Assembly (NCBI GenBank): GCA_038064075.1
Contig: JBBTTU010000017.1
Span: forward strand, 1-46,116
Reading direction: 5' to 3'
DNA length: 46,116 nucleotides
Origin: Patescibacteria group bacterium
Lineage (GTDB): Bacteria > Patescibacteriota > Minisyncoccia > HO2-45-28
Shown here piece by piece: positions 18,108 through 29,950 of the stretch; position 1 is the first letter of the stretch; each line of letters starts with the position of its first letter. The notes under the pieces were generated by a model, which was not told the DNA's origin, did not search any database, and was given only the letters and a program-made list of their open reading frames with translations. A program made the position numbers and the translations under genes.

Positions 18108-18590
18108 TTATTTTCTTTCCAAAATCATAAAAGTATAATGACAAGGGTTTTTTTCATCGGCCTCGCGATCTTCGCGGCTTACGGTCTTCCAGGCGTCAAG
18201 ATTAAAATCCGGGAAAAAAGCGTTGCCTTCAAATTCAGCGCCAATGTCGGTCAAATAAATCCTTTGGGCCAAAGGCAGAAACTCTTTATAAACCGACGCG
18301 CCGCCGATAACCATAATTTCTCCGGCGTTGCCGGCGGCTTTAACAGCTTCTTCGGGCGAATTAACAACAATCGCGCCTGCGGACTTGAAATTTTTATCGC
18401 GAGTTATGACTATATTGGTCCGTCCAGCCAAAGGTTTGCCTATTGATTCAAAAGTTTTCCGTCCCATTATTACCGGCTTGCCAAGAGTCAATTCTCTAAA
18501 TCTTTTTAAATCCGCCGGCAGTTTCCACGGCAGTTTATTGTCTTTGCCAATGACTTTATTTTTGGCCCAGGCCGTAATTATTGAAATCAT
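18108..18590 (-). CDS. folA: Dihydrofolate reductase
   Basis: VIGKDNKLPWKLPADLKRF, IMGRKTFESIGKPLAGRTNIV, VIGGA; start set at MISIIT. Confidence 0.97.
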   Translation of the reverse strand: MISIITAWAKNKVIGKDNKLPWKLPADLKRFRELTLGKPVIMGRKTFESIGKPLAGRTNIVITRDKNFKSAGAIVVNSPEEAVKAAGNAGEIMVIGGASVYKEFLPLAQRIYLTDIGAEFEGNAFFPDFNLDAWKTVSREDREADEKNPCHYTFMILERK

Positions 18591-18600
18591 TTTATTTCTC

Positions 18601-19446
18601 TTATACCGCCATTGGCGCGGCAATTGCCGGATGATATTGATAGTCTATTAACTCTATATCGCCCATTGTGAATTTATCAATGTCTTTGATTTCGGGATTA
18701 AGCCGGAGTTTCGGCAACTGGTAAGGCTCGCGGGAAAGCTGCTGGCGCACTTGCTCAAAATGATTGCAGTAAATATGAGCGTCATTTAGCGTTAAAATCA
18801 CTTCATCCGGCTCCAAATCCGTAACTTGGGCAACCATATTTAAAAGCAGGGCGTAAGAAGCAATGTTAAAAGGTACTCCCAAAAACATATCGCAGGAGCG
18901 CTGAGTCATAGCCAAAGATAATTTGCTCTTCGCAACAAAAAACTGAAAAAGCATATGGCAAGGCGGCAAAGCCATTCGGTCCAGTTCTCCGGGATTCCAG
19001 GCCGAAACGATAAGCCGGCGGTCATACGGATCTTTCTTGATTCTTTCAATCACATCTTTTAACTGGTCAATTTCCCGGCCGTCGGATATTTTCCACGATC
19101 TCCACTGAACCCCATACACTCTTCCCAAGTCGCCCGCGAATCTTGCTTTAGGTTTCCAAAATGGCGCTTGGGCATTGGCCGTCCATATCGTTGTCTTAGC
19201 GGAGTCTCTGGAGCCGTGAAGTATTTCGGACAGACGGCGTTCATCGCTTGATCCTTCAATAAACCACAAAAGTTCGCTTACTACGCTCTTCCACGCCAGT
19301 TTTTTGGTGGTCATTGCCGGAAAACCATCGGCCATTTTAAATCGCATCGGCATCGCAAATACTGACCGGGCGTCAATGCCGGTGCGGTTGGGTTTATCAA
19401 TTCCATTTTCCATTATGTATTTTAAGACTTCCAGATATTGACGCAT
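18601..19446 (-). CDS. thyA: Thymidylate synthase ThyA
   Basis: ELLWFI, YGVQWR, RRLIVSAWNP, LPPCH, QRSCDMFLGVPFNIASY, DAHIY, C-terminal MAV. Confidence 0.98.
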   Translation of the reverse strand: MRQYLEVLKYIMENGIDKPNRTGIDARSVFAMPMRFKMADGFPAMTTKKLAWKSVVSELLWFIEGSSDERRLSEILHGSRDSAKTTIWTANAQAPFWKPKARFAGDLGRVYGVQWRSWKISDGREIDQLKDVIERIKKDPYDRRLIVSAWNPGELDRMALPPCHMLFQFFVAKSKLSLAMTQRSCDMFLGVPFNIASYALLLNMVAQVTDLEPDEVILTLNDAHIYCNHFEQVRQQLSREPYQLPKLRLNPEIKDIDKFTMGDIELIDYQYHPAIAAPMAV

Positions 19447-19456
19447 ATTTTTATTG

Positions 19457-20152
19457 TTATTTTTTAAGTTTGGCCAAAAGCGGCCCGACGGCCTGCCAGA
19501 CTTTTCTGCTGATTTCTTCCGGAGATAAGAGCCGGCTTTGACTTAGGCATTCAATCAAAATATGTTCGTCCGGATATTTTTTTGCCAGCCAAAGATAGGA
19601 ATTTTCAGCCGCCTTGAGATGGCCAAAATCAGCTTCGTGGCCATCGTGTTTTTTTCCGCCGGCGACATAATCCCGTTTTTTCCTTTGCTTGATGAGCTTC
19701 TGCCCGATCTCGGCCGGCACATGCAAAATTATGGCCAGATCGGGCTTGGGAATGTTTAAAATTCCATATTCAATGCCGTAAAGCCAAGCAATAAATTTAA
19801 CCCGTTCTTTTTCATCTTTAATTTTACCGCCCTGGTGTCCGGCGTTTGAATCAACGTACCGGTCAGCCAAAACAATCCAGCCGTTTTCAATCTTCTCTCT
19901 GATTTTTGCTGAAAAATCAAATCGGTCCAAAGCGTAGAAAAGCGACGCGGCGTAAGGATTTAATTTGTCCGGCGAGCCGTATTTGCCGTTAAGATATTCT
20001 TCCACCGGTCCGGCTGATTTGCTGCCGTACTGCGGAAAAGATATTTTCAGAACCTTAAAACCTTTCTTTTTAAGTTTTTCATAAAGAATTTTTGCTTGCG
20101 TGCCTTTGCCGCTGCCGTCAGTGCCTTCCAGAACAATAAAAACGCCTCTCAT
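19457..20152 (-). CDS. tmk: Thymidylate kinase
   Basis: LEGTDGSGKGTQ, ISFPQY, ADRYVDSN, PKPD; start set at MRGVFIV. Confidence 0.93.
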   Translation of the reverse strand: MRGVFIVLEGTDGSGKGTQAKILYEKLKKKGFKVLKISFPQYGSKSAGPVEEYLNGKYGSPDKLNPYAASLFYALDRFDFSAKIREKIENGWIVLADRYVDSNAGHQGGKIKDEKERVKFIAWLYGIEYGILNIPKPDLAIILHVPAEIGQKLIKQRKKRDYVAGGKKHDGHEADFGHLKAAENSYLWLAKKYPDEHILIECLSQSRLLSPEEISRKVWQAVGPLLAKLKK

Positions 20153-20205
20153 CTTGCCTCCATTATAACACGGAGGCAAAAAATAATTTATAATCGGGTC
20201 AAAAA

Positions 20206-20631
20206 TTACTCTCTAATTTCTATGCCCATTGAGCGGGCAGTGCCTTCAATGATTTTTATCGCGCCTTCCAAATTTTTGGCGTTTAAATCTTCCATTTTTT
20301 GTTCGGCAATTTCTCTTATTTGAGTTTTGGTTACTTTGCCGACTTTAGCGACGAGCGGATTAGCCGCGCCTTTTTCAACGCCGGCGGCTTTTCGCAAAAG
20401 ATCGGAGGCCGGCGGAGTTTTTAATTTAAAATCGTAACTGCGATCCTCATAGACCGTAATTTCAACCGGAATGATGCTATCGCCTTTGTCTTTGGTGGCA
20501 TCGTTGAATTTTTTGACAAATTCGCCGATATTGACGCCGTGCTGGCCCAAAGCCGGTCCGACCGGAGGAGCCGGAGTGGCTTTAGCGGCCGGAATTTGAA
20601 GTTTAATTATGATTTTGACTGGTTTTGACAT
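20206..20631 (-). CDS. rplK: 50S ribosomal protein L11
   Basis: [32 protein letters not shown]. Confidence 0.98.
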   Translation of the reverse strand: MSKPVKIIIKLQIPAAKATPAPPVGPALGQHGVNIGEFVKKFNDATKDKGDSIIPVEITVYEDRSYDFKLKTPPASDLLRKAAGVEKGAANPLVAKVGKVTKTQIREIAEQKMEDLNAKNLEGAIKIIEGTARSMGIEIRE

Positions 20632-20680
20632 GGTTGAATTAGTTTGTTAGTTGACTAGTTATCTAGTTCATTTAAAAATC

Positions 20681-21229
20681 TTAGAGTTTCTTAATCTGCA
20701 GAAAATCAAGCTCAACCGGAGTTTCGCGGCCGAAAATTGAAACCAAAATTTTAACTTTGCCTCTGGCCGCGTCAACTTCAGCCACTTTGCCTTCATAATC
20801 CTTAAACGGTCCGTCGGTTATGCGGACGGTGTCGCCGACGGAAACGTCAATGGTGTATTTCGGCTCTTTTTCGGCGCGCATCCGCTTGAAAAGAATGTCT
20901 ATTTCCTCGCGGGAAAGAGGGGTCGGCGTCACGCCTGAGCCGACAAAACCGGTCACCCGCGGGGTGTTGCGAACAACATACCAGGAATCGTCGGTCACAA
21001 TCATTTCAACCAAAACATAACCGGGATAAATTTTTTCTTCAACTGTCTGGCGCCGGCCGTTCTTGATTTTAATCTTTTTCTCTTTGGGAACCAAAACTTC
21101 AAAAATCTTGTCTTCATAGCCCAAAGATTCAACGCGCTGTTTTAAATTGCGCGCTACTGCGTCTTCATAGCCGGAATAGGTATGAATGGCATACCAGTTT
21201 CGTCCGGATTCGGCTATTTGCTTTGTCAT
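20681..21229 (-). CDS. nusG: Transcription elongation factor NusG
   Basis: WYAIHTYSGYE, YPGYVLVEM, VRNTPRVTGFVG, KOW motif DGPF, IFGRETPVEL. Confidence 0.98.
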   Translation of the reverse strand: MTKQIAESGRNWYAIHTYSGYEDAVARNLKQRVESLGYEDKIFEVLVPKEKKIKIKNGRRQTVEEKIYPGYVLVEMIVTDDSWYVVRNTPRVTGFVGSGVTPTPLSREEIDILFKRMRAEKEPKYTIDVSVGDTVRITDGPFKDYEGKVAEVDAARGKVKILVSIFGRETPVELDFLQIKKL

Positions 21230-21417
21230 AAAACAAATCTTTCCAATAAATTAACGAAAATAAAATCCAGAAATCCCAGATAAACCGCGACGGCGACTGA
21301 AATTCCGATCACCAAAAAAGTGAAACGCACGGTTTCGCGGCGGGTCGGCCAATTTACGTTTTTGGTTTCAAGCCGCGCTGATTTGATATAATCGCTGATT
21401 TTTCGCAAAAAATCCAT
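21226..21417 (-). CDS. secE: Preprotein translocase SecE
   Basis: ETKNVNWPTRRE plus one TM; directly upstream of nusG. Confidence 0.93.
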   Translation of the reverse strand: MDFLRKISDYIKSARLETKNVNWPTRRETVRFTFLVIGISVAVAVYLGFLDFIFVNLLERFVL

Positions 21418-21543
21418 CTTATTTAAAAAGCCCTCGCGGGGCTTATAAAATCAATATACCAAATTGACGATTTAAGTCAAGAAATAATAAATAGATTCTC
21501 TTTGCTCCGGATTGGTTGTTTTGTTAATATATCTATATCCAAA

Positions 21544-21894
21544 ATGAGAAAACTCAAAGACAGTTTCAAAGCGGCGTTCAGCGGCTTTGCCGAAACGCTG
21601 ATATACGAAAGAACTTTCAAAATAATGTTCGCGGCTGCTTGCTTAGTAATCGCGGGGATGTTTTATTTTCCAACCAGCCGGCTGGAAAAAATCGCGCTTT
21701 TGATAACGATATTTTCAGTTTTAATTCTTGAACTCATCAACTCGGTCATTGAACGGATGATGAATTTCATCCAGCCTCAAAAAAACACGCAAGTCAGGAT
21801 AATTAAAGACTTGGCGGCGGCGGTTATTCTTTTGGCCAGTTTCGGCGCCGCGATTATCGGAGCAGTAATCTTCTGGCCATATTTATTTAAATAA
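21544..21894 (+). CDS. dgkA: Diacylglycerol/undecaprenol kinase (DgkA family)
   Basis: SFKAAFSG, ERTF, LELINSVIE, IKDLAAAVIL; start set at MRKLK. Confidence 0.9.
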   Translation: MRKLKDSFKAAFSGFAETLIYERTFKIMFAAACLVIAGMFYFPTSRLEKIALLITIFSVLILELINSVIERMMNFIQPQKNTQVRIIKDLAAAVILLASFGAAIIGAVIFWPYLFK

Positions 21895-21903
21895 TCCCCA
21901 CGC

Positions 21904-22470
21904 TTATGCATAAGCGTGGGGATTAAAATCAATACTCAAACTTGAAATGGCTTTAAACCCGAAAATATCAGAAGCGATATTTCTGATATTTTCTGAATCG
22001 TCAATAATCAAAACCATTTGCTCAGATATTCCCAAAACTATCCTAAAAAGTTCAAGCCGGGCAAAAATATGAATATGCGGCTTGACTTTCGAGCATCGCC
22101 GGATCCGATCGTCAAATCTGATGTTCCGGTTTAATTTATCCAGCATACTTTTCCTTACTTGGATAAATTCAAACTGATTAAAAAATATCTTGTTTTTTTT
22201 ACAAATTTTCAGAAGTGACAGATAGCTGCGATCGGTAATAATTCCGATCTTATAATCGCCGCGTCCTCTTGTTTTTAACTGCTCAAAAAAATTAACAGCT
22301 TCAGGCTTGAGCGAAGGCGTTTTGATAAAATCTATCGCTTCCTTAATTAAGAAAAAAAACTTGGGAGTTGATTCAATACCCAGAAATCTTTGAACTTTCA
22401 TCCAGATTTTTTCAAGCCAGCCGCTATCAACCAATACTCCGTCAACATCCAAAACCAAAATTCTTTCCAT
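21904..22470 (-). CDS. HAD-superfamily hydrolase-like protein
   Basis: LDVDGVLVD motif I, IITDR, KP, IIDDS motif IV; SD AAGGAGG. Confidence 0.75.
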   Translation of the reverse strand: MERILVLDVDGVLVDSGWLEKIWMKVQRFLGIESTPKFFFLIKEAIDFIKTPSLKPEAVNFFEQLKTRGRGDYKIGIITDRSYLSLLKICKKNKIFFNQFEFIQVRKSMLDKLNRNIRFDDRIRRCSKVKPHIHIFARLELFRIVLGISEQMVLIIDDSENIRNIASDIFGFKAISSLSIDFNPHAYA

Positions 22471-22521
22471 TCAAACCTCCTTTCTGAATCTATATCTATA
22501 TATTAGATACCATGATTTTCT

Positions 22522-25634
<3,113 letters not shown>

Positions 25635-25731
25635 AATAAAGATTAAAGAGGCTCCAATTATTTATTTTCAGCAATACATATATTATAGGCCAAAATGAAG
25701 CCAAAAGCAATGAATTTTAATCAATAAAACG

Positions 25732-25771
25732 CGAACTCGACCGGATATTTGAACCGGCGATCTTTCCTTGT
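25732..25771 (-). pseudogene. Degenerate tRNA 3'-half fragment
   Basis: ACAAGGAAAGATC-GCCGG-TTCAAATAT-CCGGT-CGAGTTCG: variable loop, T arm with 2 extra loop nt and an acceptor-like strand; no 5' half. Confidence 0.5.
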
Positions 25772-25789
25772 AATCCAACACTGATTTTG

Positions 25790-25864
25790 CGCGGGCGATG
25801 GGATTTGAACCCACGACCTTCCCCGTGACAGGGGGACACTCTAACCAGGCTGAGCTACGCCCGC
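25790..25864 (-). tRNA. tRNA-Asp(GTC), CCA not encoded
   Basis: GCGGGCG/CGCCCGC acceptor stem, TCCCC-CTGTCAC-GGGGA anticodon arm, GTGGG-TTCAAAT-CCCAT T arm, G73. Confidence 0.95.
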
Positions 25865-25962
25865 AAAAGCATAAAAAGTATTCTATATCATGTTATAATT
25901 ATGTTATATTTAAAGCAAACTTAAAATTATTTTAAATTATCATTAATAATTAAAATAATAAA

Positions 25963-28473
25963 ATGATTAAGTTAATAACAAGATTAACAAGATTTTACCG
26001 CGTTTTGTTGTTTTCATGGATATTTTTATTTGTCCCTTTTTTCGCTTTTGCCGACCATAATCTTTCTCACACCATTGAACAATTAAACGCCCAAATAAAA
26101 ACGCTGCAAACCCAAGTAAATACCCTGCAGAATCAAATAAATGTTTTGCAGCAACAGGAAACCGCTGCCGCTCCCAAACCGATCGCGTCTTTGCCGGAAA
26201 TTGCTCCAACAACCGTTTCCGAAACCGCAACCGCTCCGTTTCCAACAATCAATTCTTCATCTTTTGTCGGAACCTCCATTTTAAGGCCCGATGTTTATGA
26301 TTACGGCCCTTCAATCATAAACGACGGCGGAATTTATCGGATGTATTGGTGTTCGGCGCGGATCGGCGGAGGAGATTCTATTTGGTATGCCCAATCTTCC
26401 GACGGCGTTAACTGGTCGGATTTGCGCGTAATTCTTAACCCGACGCCGAACTCGGAAGAAACCGATTTTAACGCCGACGGCCATATTTGCGATCCATCGG
26501 TCGTAAAAACCGGCGGAATTTACTATCTTTATTACACCGCCGCTTCGTTTTCCGGCAAAAACAACAGAATTTTTCTGGCCAAATCTACGGACGGCGTTAA
26601 TTGGATAAAATATCCTTCCAATTCCAACCCAAAACCGGTGATCCAAAACACAATTCGTTCCCAAGGTTATGGAATCGGACAATCAGCGGTCTTTTTCTTA
26701 AACAACAAATTTTACCACTACTTTACCAACACCGACTTAAACGGAGAAATGCTCGCTTTTTCAACAGACGGCATTAACTGGACAATTCAAAACAATAATC
26801 AGCCAGTTTTCACAACGACCAATTTCGTTCCGGTTTATCTTAAAGATTACAATGTTTTCTTTGCGGTCTACGGCCACAACGAGCTTAATCATAACGACCT
26901 TTATTATTCATTTTCAAAAGACGGCATAACTTGGAATTCCAAAACTTTTTCCGATTCGCCAAAAATAGCCGTCGGCGGCAACCGGGGCTCTATCCATAAC
27001 GCCGGCATTTTAACCGATATTGCCGGAAATGTTTCCGGTTCGTCCTTTTTGGTTTATTACGGCGCCGGAGACGCCGGAACGGTCCAAAACGGCGGATTTA
27101 CCAATGCCGCCAGCTGGAACATAGACATTACCCGAATTAATTTTTCAGTTCCTCTCAAACCGGGAACAATTCAAGGCTTTAAACTGAAAATGCCGGGAAA
27201 TCTGGCGGCTACTCCTCCGGGAGGAGAAACCGTCCGGCTTGACGGCGGATCGCCGACTGCGGCCAATCCGTATTTTTTCACCGGCGTTTCCGCGGGAACG
27301 CACACTGTTTCGGTTTCGGTTCCGTCAGGCTGGTCAGCCGGCTACACGCTTTGCTATTCCACCCAGACCAACTGCGGCGCGGCTAACGACCCGAACAATT
27401 ACCACGGCGCTTCTCCGATTTCCGGAAGCTCGATAAGCATCAGCGTCCCATCGGGCGGATTTGCTGATTTGTGGTGGCATTTTACGGCGTCTGCCAAAAC
27501 GCCTCCACCGCCTCCTCCGTCTCCTACTCAACCGCCTTCAGGCCCACCCGGCATCATTCAAGGCTTTAAACTGAAAATGCCGGGAAATCTGGCGGCTACT
27601 CCTCCGGGAGGAGAAACCGTCCGGCTTGACGGCGGATCGCCGACTGCGGCCAATCCGTATTTTTTCACCGGCGTTTCCGCGGGAACGCACACTGTTTCGG
27701 TTTCGGTTCCGTCAGGCTGGTCAGCCGGCTACACGCTTTGCTATTCCACCCAGACCAACTGCGGCGCGGCTAACGACCCGAACAATTACCACGGCGCTTC
27801 TCCGATTTCCGGAAGCTCGGTGAGCGTCAGCGTCCCATCGGGCGGATTTGCTGATTTGTGGTGGCACTACACGCTTTCTACTTCCGAAACGCCTCCGCAA
27901 ATACCTCCGGCTGATTCCACATCTCCTCCAAAAACTCTGCCCGCAAAATTTCCGCTTTATCGCCTCTATAATCCCGCGATATTAAAACATCTTTATACAA
28001 TAAACGAAAACGAAAAAAATTATTTAATTAAAAATTCGGGCTGGGTGTACGAAAATGTGGCCGGCTACCTCTATGAAACCCAACAAACGGAAACCTATCC
28101 TCTCTATCATCTCTATAATCCGGTTTCTTTTGACCACCTCTACACTATGAGTTCCGCCGAAAAAAAAGCCGCCGAGAACGCCGGCTATGTTTATCAAGCC
28201 GTCAGCGGCTATCTTTATTCAACTCAACAATCGGGAACAGCCCCTTTTTATAGGATGTTTTCAGTGCCCGGCGGCCATTTTTACACGATGAACGCCGCTG
28301 AAAAAAATAATGCAACACAAAATTTAGGCTATATCTACGAAGGAATAACCGGCTTTATGCATGTTTTCCAAGATACAAGCCGTAGAGCTCAAAATATGCA
28401 ATTGGCGAACGCGTTGGAATCAATCCGGGGAAAACTTGAGTTGATTTCAATAATGATTAAAAATTTAAAATAA
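25963..28473 (+). CDS. Secreted multidomain protein: signal peptide, coiled coil, five-bladed beta-propeller glycosidase-like domain (GH43/GH32-like), two duplicated ~104-aa beta domains, DUF5648-like repeats
   Basis: YGPSII...YRMYW, AQSSDGVNW, CDPSVV...YYLYY, STDG.NW Asp-boxes; LYRLYNP...HLYT...E....GY.YE three times. Confidence 0.85.
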   Translation: MIKLITRLTRFYRVLLFSWIFLFVPFFAFADHNLSHTIEQLNAQIKTLQTQVNTLQNQINVLQQQETAAAPKPIASLPEIAPTTVSETATAPFPTINSSSFVGTSILRPDVYDYGPSIINDGGIYRMYWCSARIGGGDSIWYAQSSDGVNWSDLRVILNPTPNSEETDFNADGHICDPSVVKTGGIYYLYYTAASFSGKNNRIFLAKSTDGVNWIKYPSNSNPKPVIQNTIRSQGYGIGQSAVFFLNNKFYHYFTNTDLNGEMLAFSTDGINWTIQNNNQPVFTTTNFVPVYLKDYNVFFAVYGHNELNHNDLYYSFSKDGITWNSKTFSDSPKIAVGGNRGSIHNAGILTDIAGNVSGSSFLVYYGAGDAGTVQNGGFTNAASWNIDITRINFSVPLKPGTIQGFKLKMPGNLAATPPGGETVRLDGGSPTAANPYFFTGVSAGTHTVSVSVPSGWSAGYTLCYSTQTNCGAANDPNNYHGASPISGSSISISVPSGGFADLWWHFTASAKTPPPPPPSPTQPPSGPPGIIQGFKLKMPGNLAATPPGGETVRLDGGSPTAANPYFFTGVSAGTHTVSVSVPSGWSAGYTLCYSTQTNCGAANDPNNYHGASPISGSSVSVSVPSGGFADLWWHYTLSTSETPPQIPPADSTSPPKTLPAKFPLYRLYNPAILKHLYTINENEKNYLIKNSGWVYENVAGYLYETQQTETYPLYHLYNPVSFDHLYTMSSAEKKAAENAGYVYQAVSGYLYSTQQSGTAPFYRMFSVPGGHFYTMNAAEKNNATQNLGYIYEGITGFMHVFQDTSRRAQNMQLANALESIRGKLELISIMIKNLK
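27169..27866 (+). repeat. Intragenic direct repeat, 311 bp x2 (27169-27479 and 27556-27866)
   Basis: Period 387 bp; only 3 mismatches seen (ATAAGCATC vs GTGAGCGTC); Pro-rich linker between the copies. Confidence 0.95.
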
Positions 28474-28534
28474 AATTTTCAGGAAAATCAAAGAATATCT
28501 GGGGAAAAATAATGTCTGAAATTCAAAATTAAAA

Positions 28535-29473
28535 TCACATCACGACGATTTCTTCTTCCAAATCCAGATTAAATTTTTCCCGCGTTTTTTGTTTGCATAA
28601 ATCAATCAGCTTCATCACATCGCCGGCTTTGGCTCCTCCGGCGTTAACGATGTAATTGGAGTGTTCTTCGGCTATTTTAGCGCCGCCGATTTGTTTGCCT
28701 TTCAATCCGCAATTCTCTATCAGCCAGCCGGCCGGAAATTTGCCGGCTTTGATTTTTTGCGGAGGAATCAATTTTAAAAATTCTTTTTTATTTTTCAGTT
28801 CATCAATGATTATATTCTTAAATGAACAACCGGCCGAAGGATAAGGAACAAATTTATTTTTCCTTTTTTCCAATGTTTCTTTAATTATTTTTTCGCTTTT
28901 CTCCCTGTCCCCTTTCACCAAATTAAATTCAATCTCCAAAATAATTTCGTTATTGTCCGGTTTTTTAAATCTGCTTGCGCGATAAACAAAATCGCATTGT
29001 TCCGGCGGATAATTTTTAATCTGCCGGCCGCCGGAGCCACTGCGGCTTAAAACCGCGATATTTTTTACAAATTCGGATATGGAATGGCCGTAAGCGCCGG
29101 CGTTGCCGGCGGCCGCGCCGCCGACCGTGCCGGGAATGCCGGCTGCCCATTCCAAACCGGCCAGTCCGGCGCCGATGGATTCATTAATTAATCTGCTTAA
29201 AGCCAAACCGGCCGCGGTAAACATCTTAAAATTTTCAATGCGGATATCTTCTATCTGCATTTTAACGGCAAGGCCGCCATATCCTTTATCGCCAAACAAC
29301 ACATTGCTTCCCTCGCCAAAAACGAAAAACGGCAAATTTTTTTTCTCGGCGAAATTGAGCGCCTCAATCAATTCTTTTTTTGACCTTACGACGGCGAAAT
29401 ACTTGGCTAACCCGCCGATTTTAAAAGTGGAATAATCGGCTAATTTTTCGTTTTCTCTTATCGCCAACATCAT
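28535..29473 (-). CDS. murB: UDP-N-acetylenolpyruvoylglucosamine reductase
   Basis: TFKIGG, GEGSNVL, GIPGTVGGA..GNAGAYG, SAGCSFKN, HSNYIVN, LEEEI. Confidence 0.96.
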   Translation of the reverse strand: MMLAIRENEKLADYSTFKIGGLAKYFAVVRSKKELIEALNFAEKKNLPFFVFGEGSNVLFGDKGYGGLAVKMQIEDIRIENFKMFTAAGLALSRLINESIGAGLAGLEWAAGIPGTVGGAAAGNAGAYGHSISEFVKNIAVLSRSGSGGRQIKNYPPEQCDFVYRASRFKKPDNNEIILEIEFNLVKGDREKSEKIIKETLEKRKNKFVPYPSAGCSFKNIIIDELKNKKEFLKLIPPQKIKAGKFPAGWLIENCGLKGKQIGGAKIAEEHSNYIVNAGGAKAGDVMKLIDLCKQKTREKFNLDLEEEIVVM

Positions 29474-29524
29474 AAATTATCGTTAGATTAATTTGGAAAT
29501 GATTTAAAAATAAATCATTTATGA

Positions 29525-29598
29525 TGCCAGGGGTGGGAATCGAACCCACGACCTGAGCTTTATGAGTGCTCCGCTCTAACCGACTGAGCTACCCTGGC
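29525..29598 (-). tRNA. tRNA with CAT anticodon (elongator Met or Ile2)
   Basis: GCCAGGG/CCCTGGC acceptor stem with paired 1:72, loop CTCATAA, GTGGG-TTCGATT-CCCAC T arm. Confidence 0.92.
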
Positions 29599-29632
29599 AA
29601 AATCTTATTTAAAACCATTTTACGGCCAAAAT

Positions 29633-29660
29633 TTGCAAAAATCAAACCAAACGTTATAAT
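29633..29660 (+). promoter_or_regulatory. sigma70 promoter for tRNA-fMet
   Basis: TTGCAA-N16-TATAAT, 9 nt before the tRNA. Confidence 0.6.
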
Positions 29661-29669
29661 TTATTTCAT

Positions 29670-29741
29670 TGCGGGGTGGAGCAGCGGTAGCTCGCCAGGC
29701 TCATAACCTGGAGGTCGCCGGTTCAAATCCGGCCCCCGCTA
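29670..29741 (+). tRNA. Initiator tRNA-fMet(CAT), CCA not encoded
   Basis: (T)GCGGGGTGGAGCAG...GGTAGCTCG initiator signature, 1:72 mismatch, CCAGG-CTCATAA-CCTGG. Confidence 0.93.
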
Positions 29742-29909
29742 CAACAAAAATCTCAATGTTTGAAAATTTGGGCCGGATTTGAACGGGAAAGGGGTCGGGA
29801 AAACGGGAGTTTTCCCGCAGTGGAAACAGGGAGCGAAGCGACCGCCAGAACCGCAAGGGTCTGGAGCGCAGCCGAAGGCGAGCAGTGAAAATCCGGCCCC
29901 CGCTACAAC
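29725..29909 (+). repeat. tRNA-fMet-linked structured element bounded by a 21-bp direct repeat of the tRNA 3' end
   Basis: AAATCCGGCCCCCGCTACAAC at 29725-29745 and 29889-29909; GGGCCGGATTTGAAC (29770-29784) is the reverse complement of the T-arm region. Confidence 0.85.
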
Positions 29910-29950
29910 TTTATTTTTTATAAAATTAACTAACACACCAAGTGTGTCAG

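Noticed and set aside
27433-27439. All three repeat mismatches are A in copy 1 and G in copy 2, suggestive of a diversity-generating retroelement
   Set aside because: Only 3 sites, conservative Ile/Val changes, both copies in frame in one gene, and no reverse transcriptase in the window.
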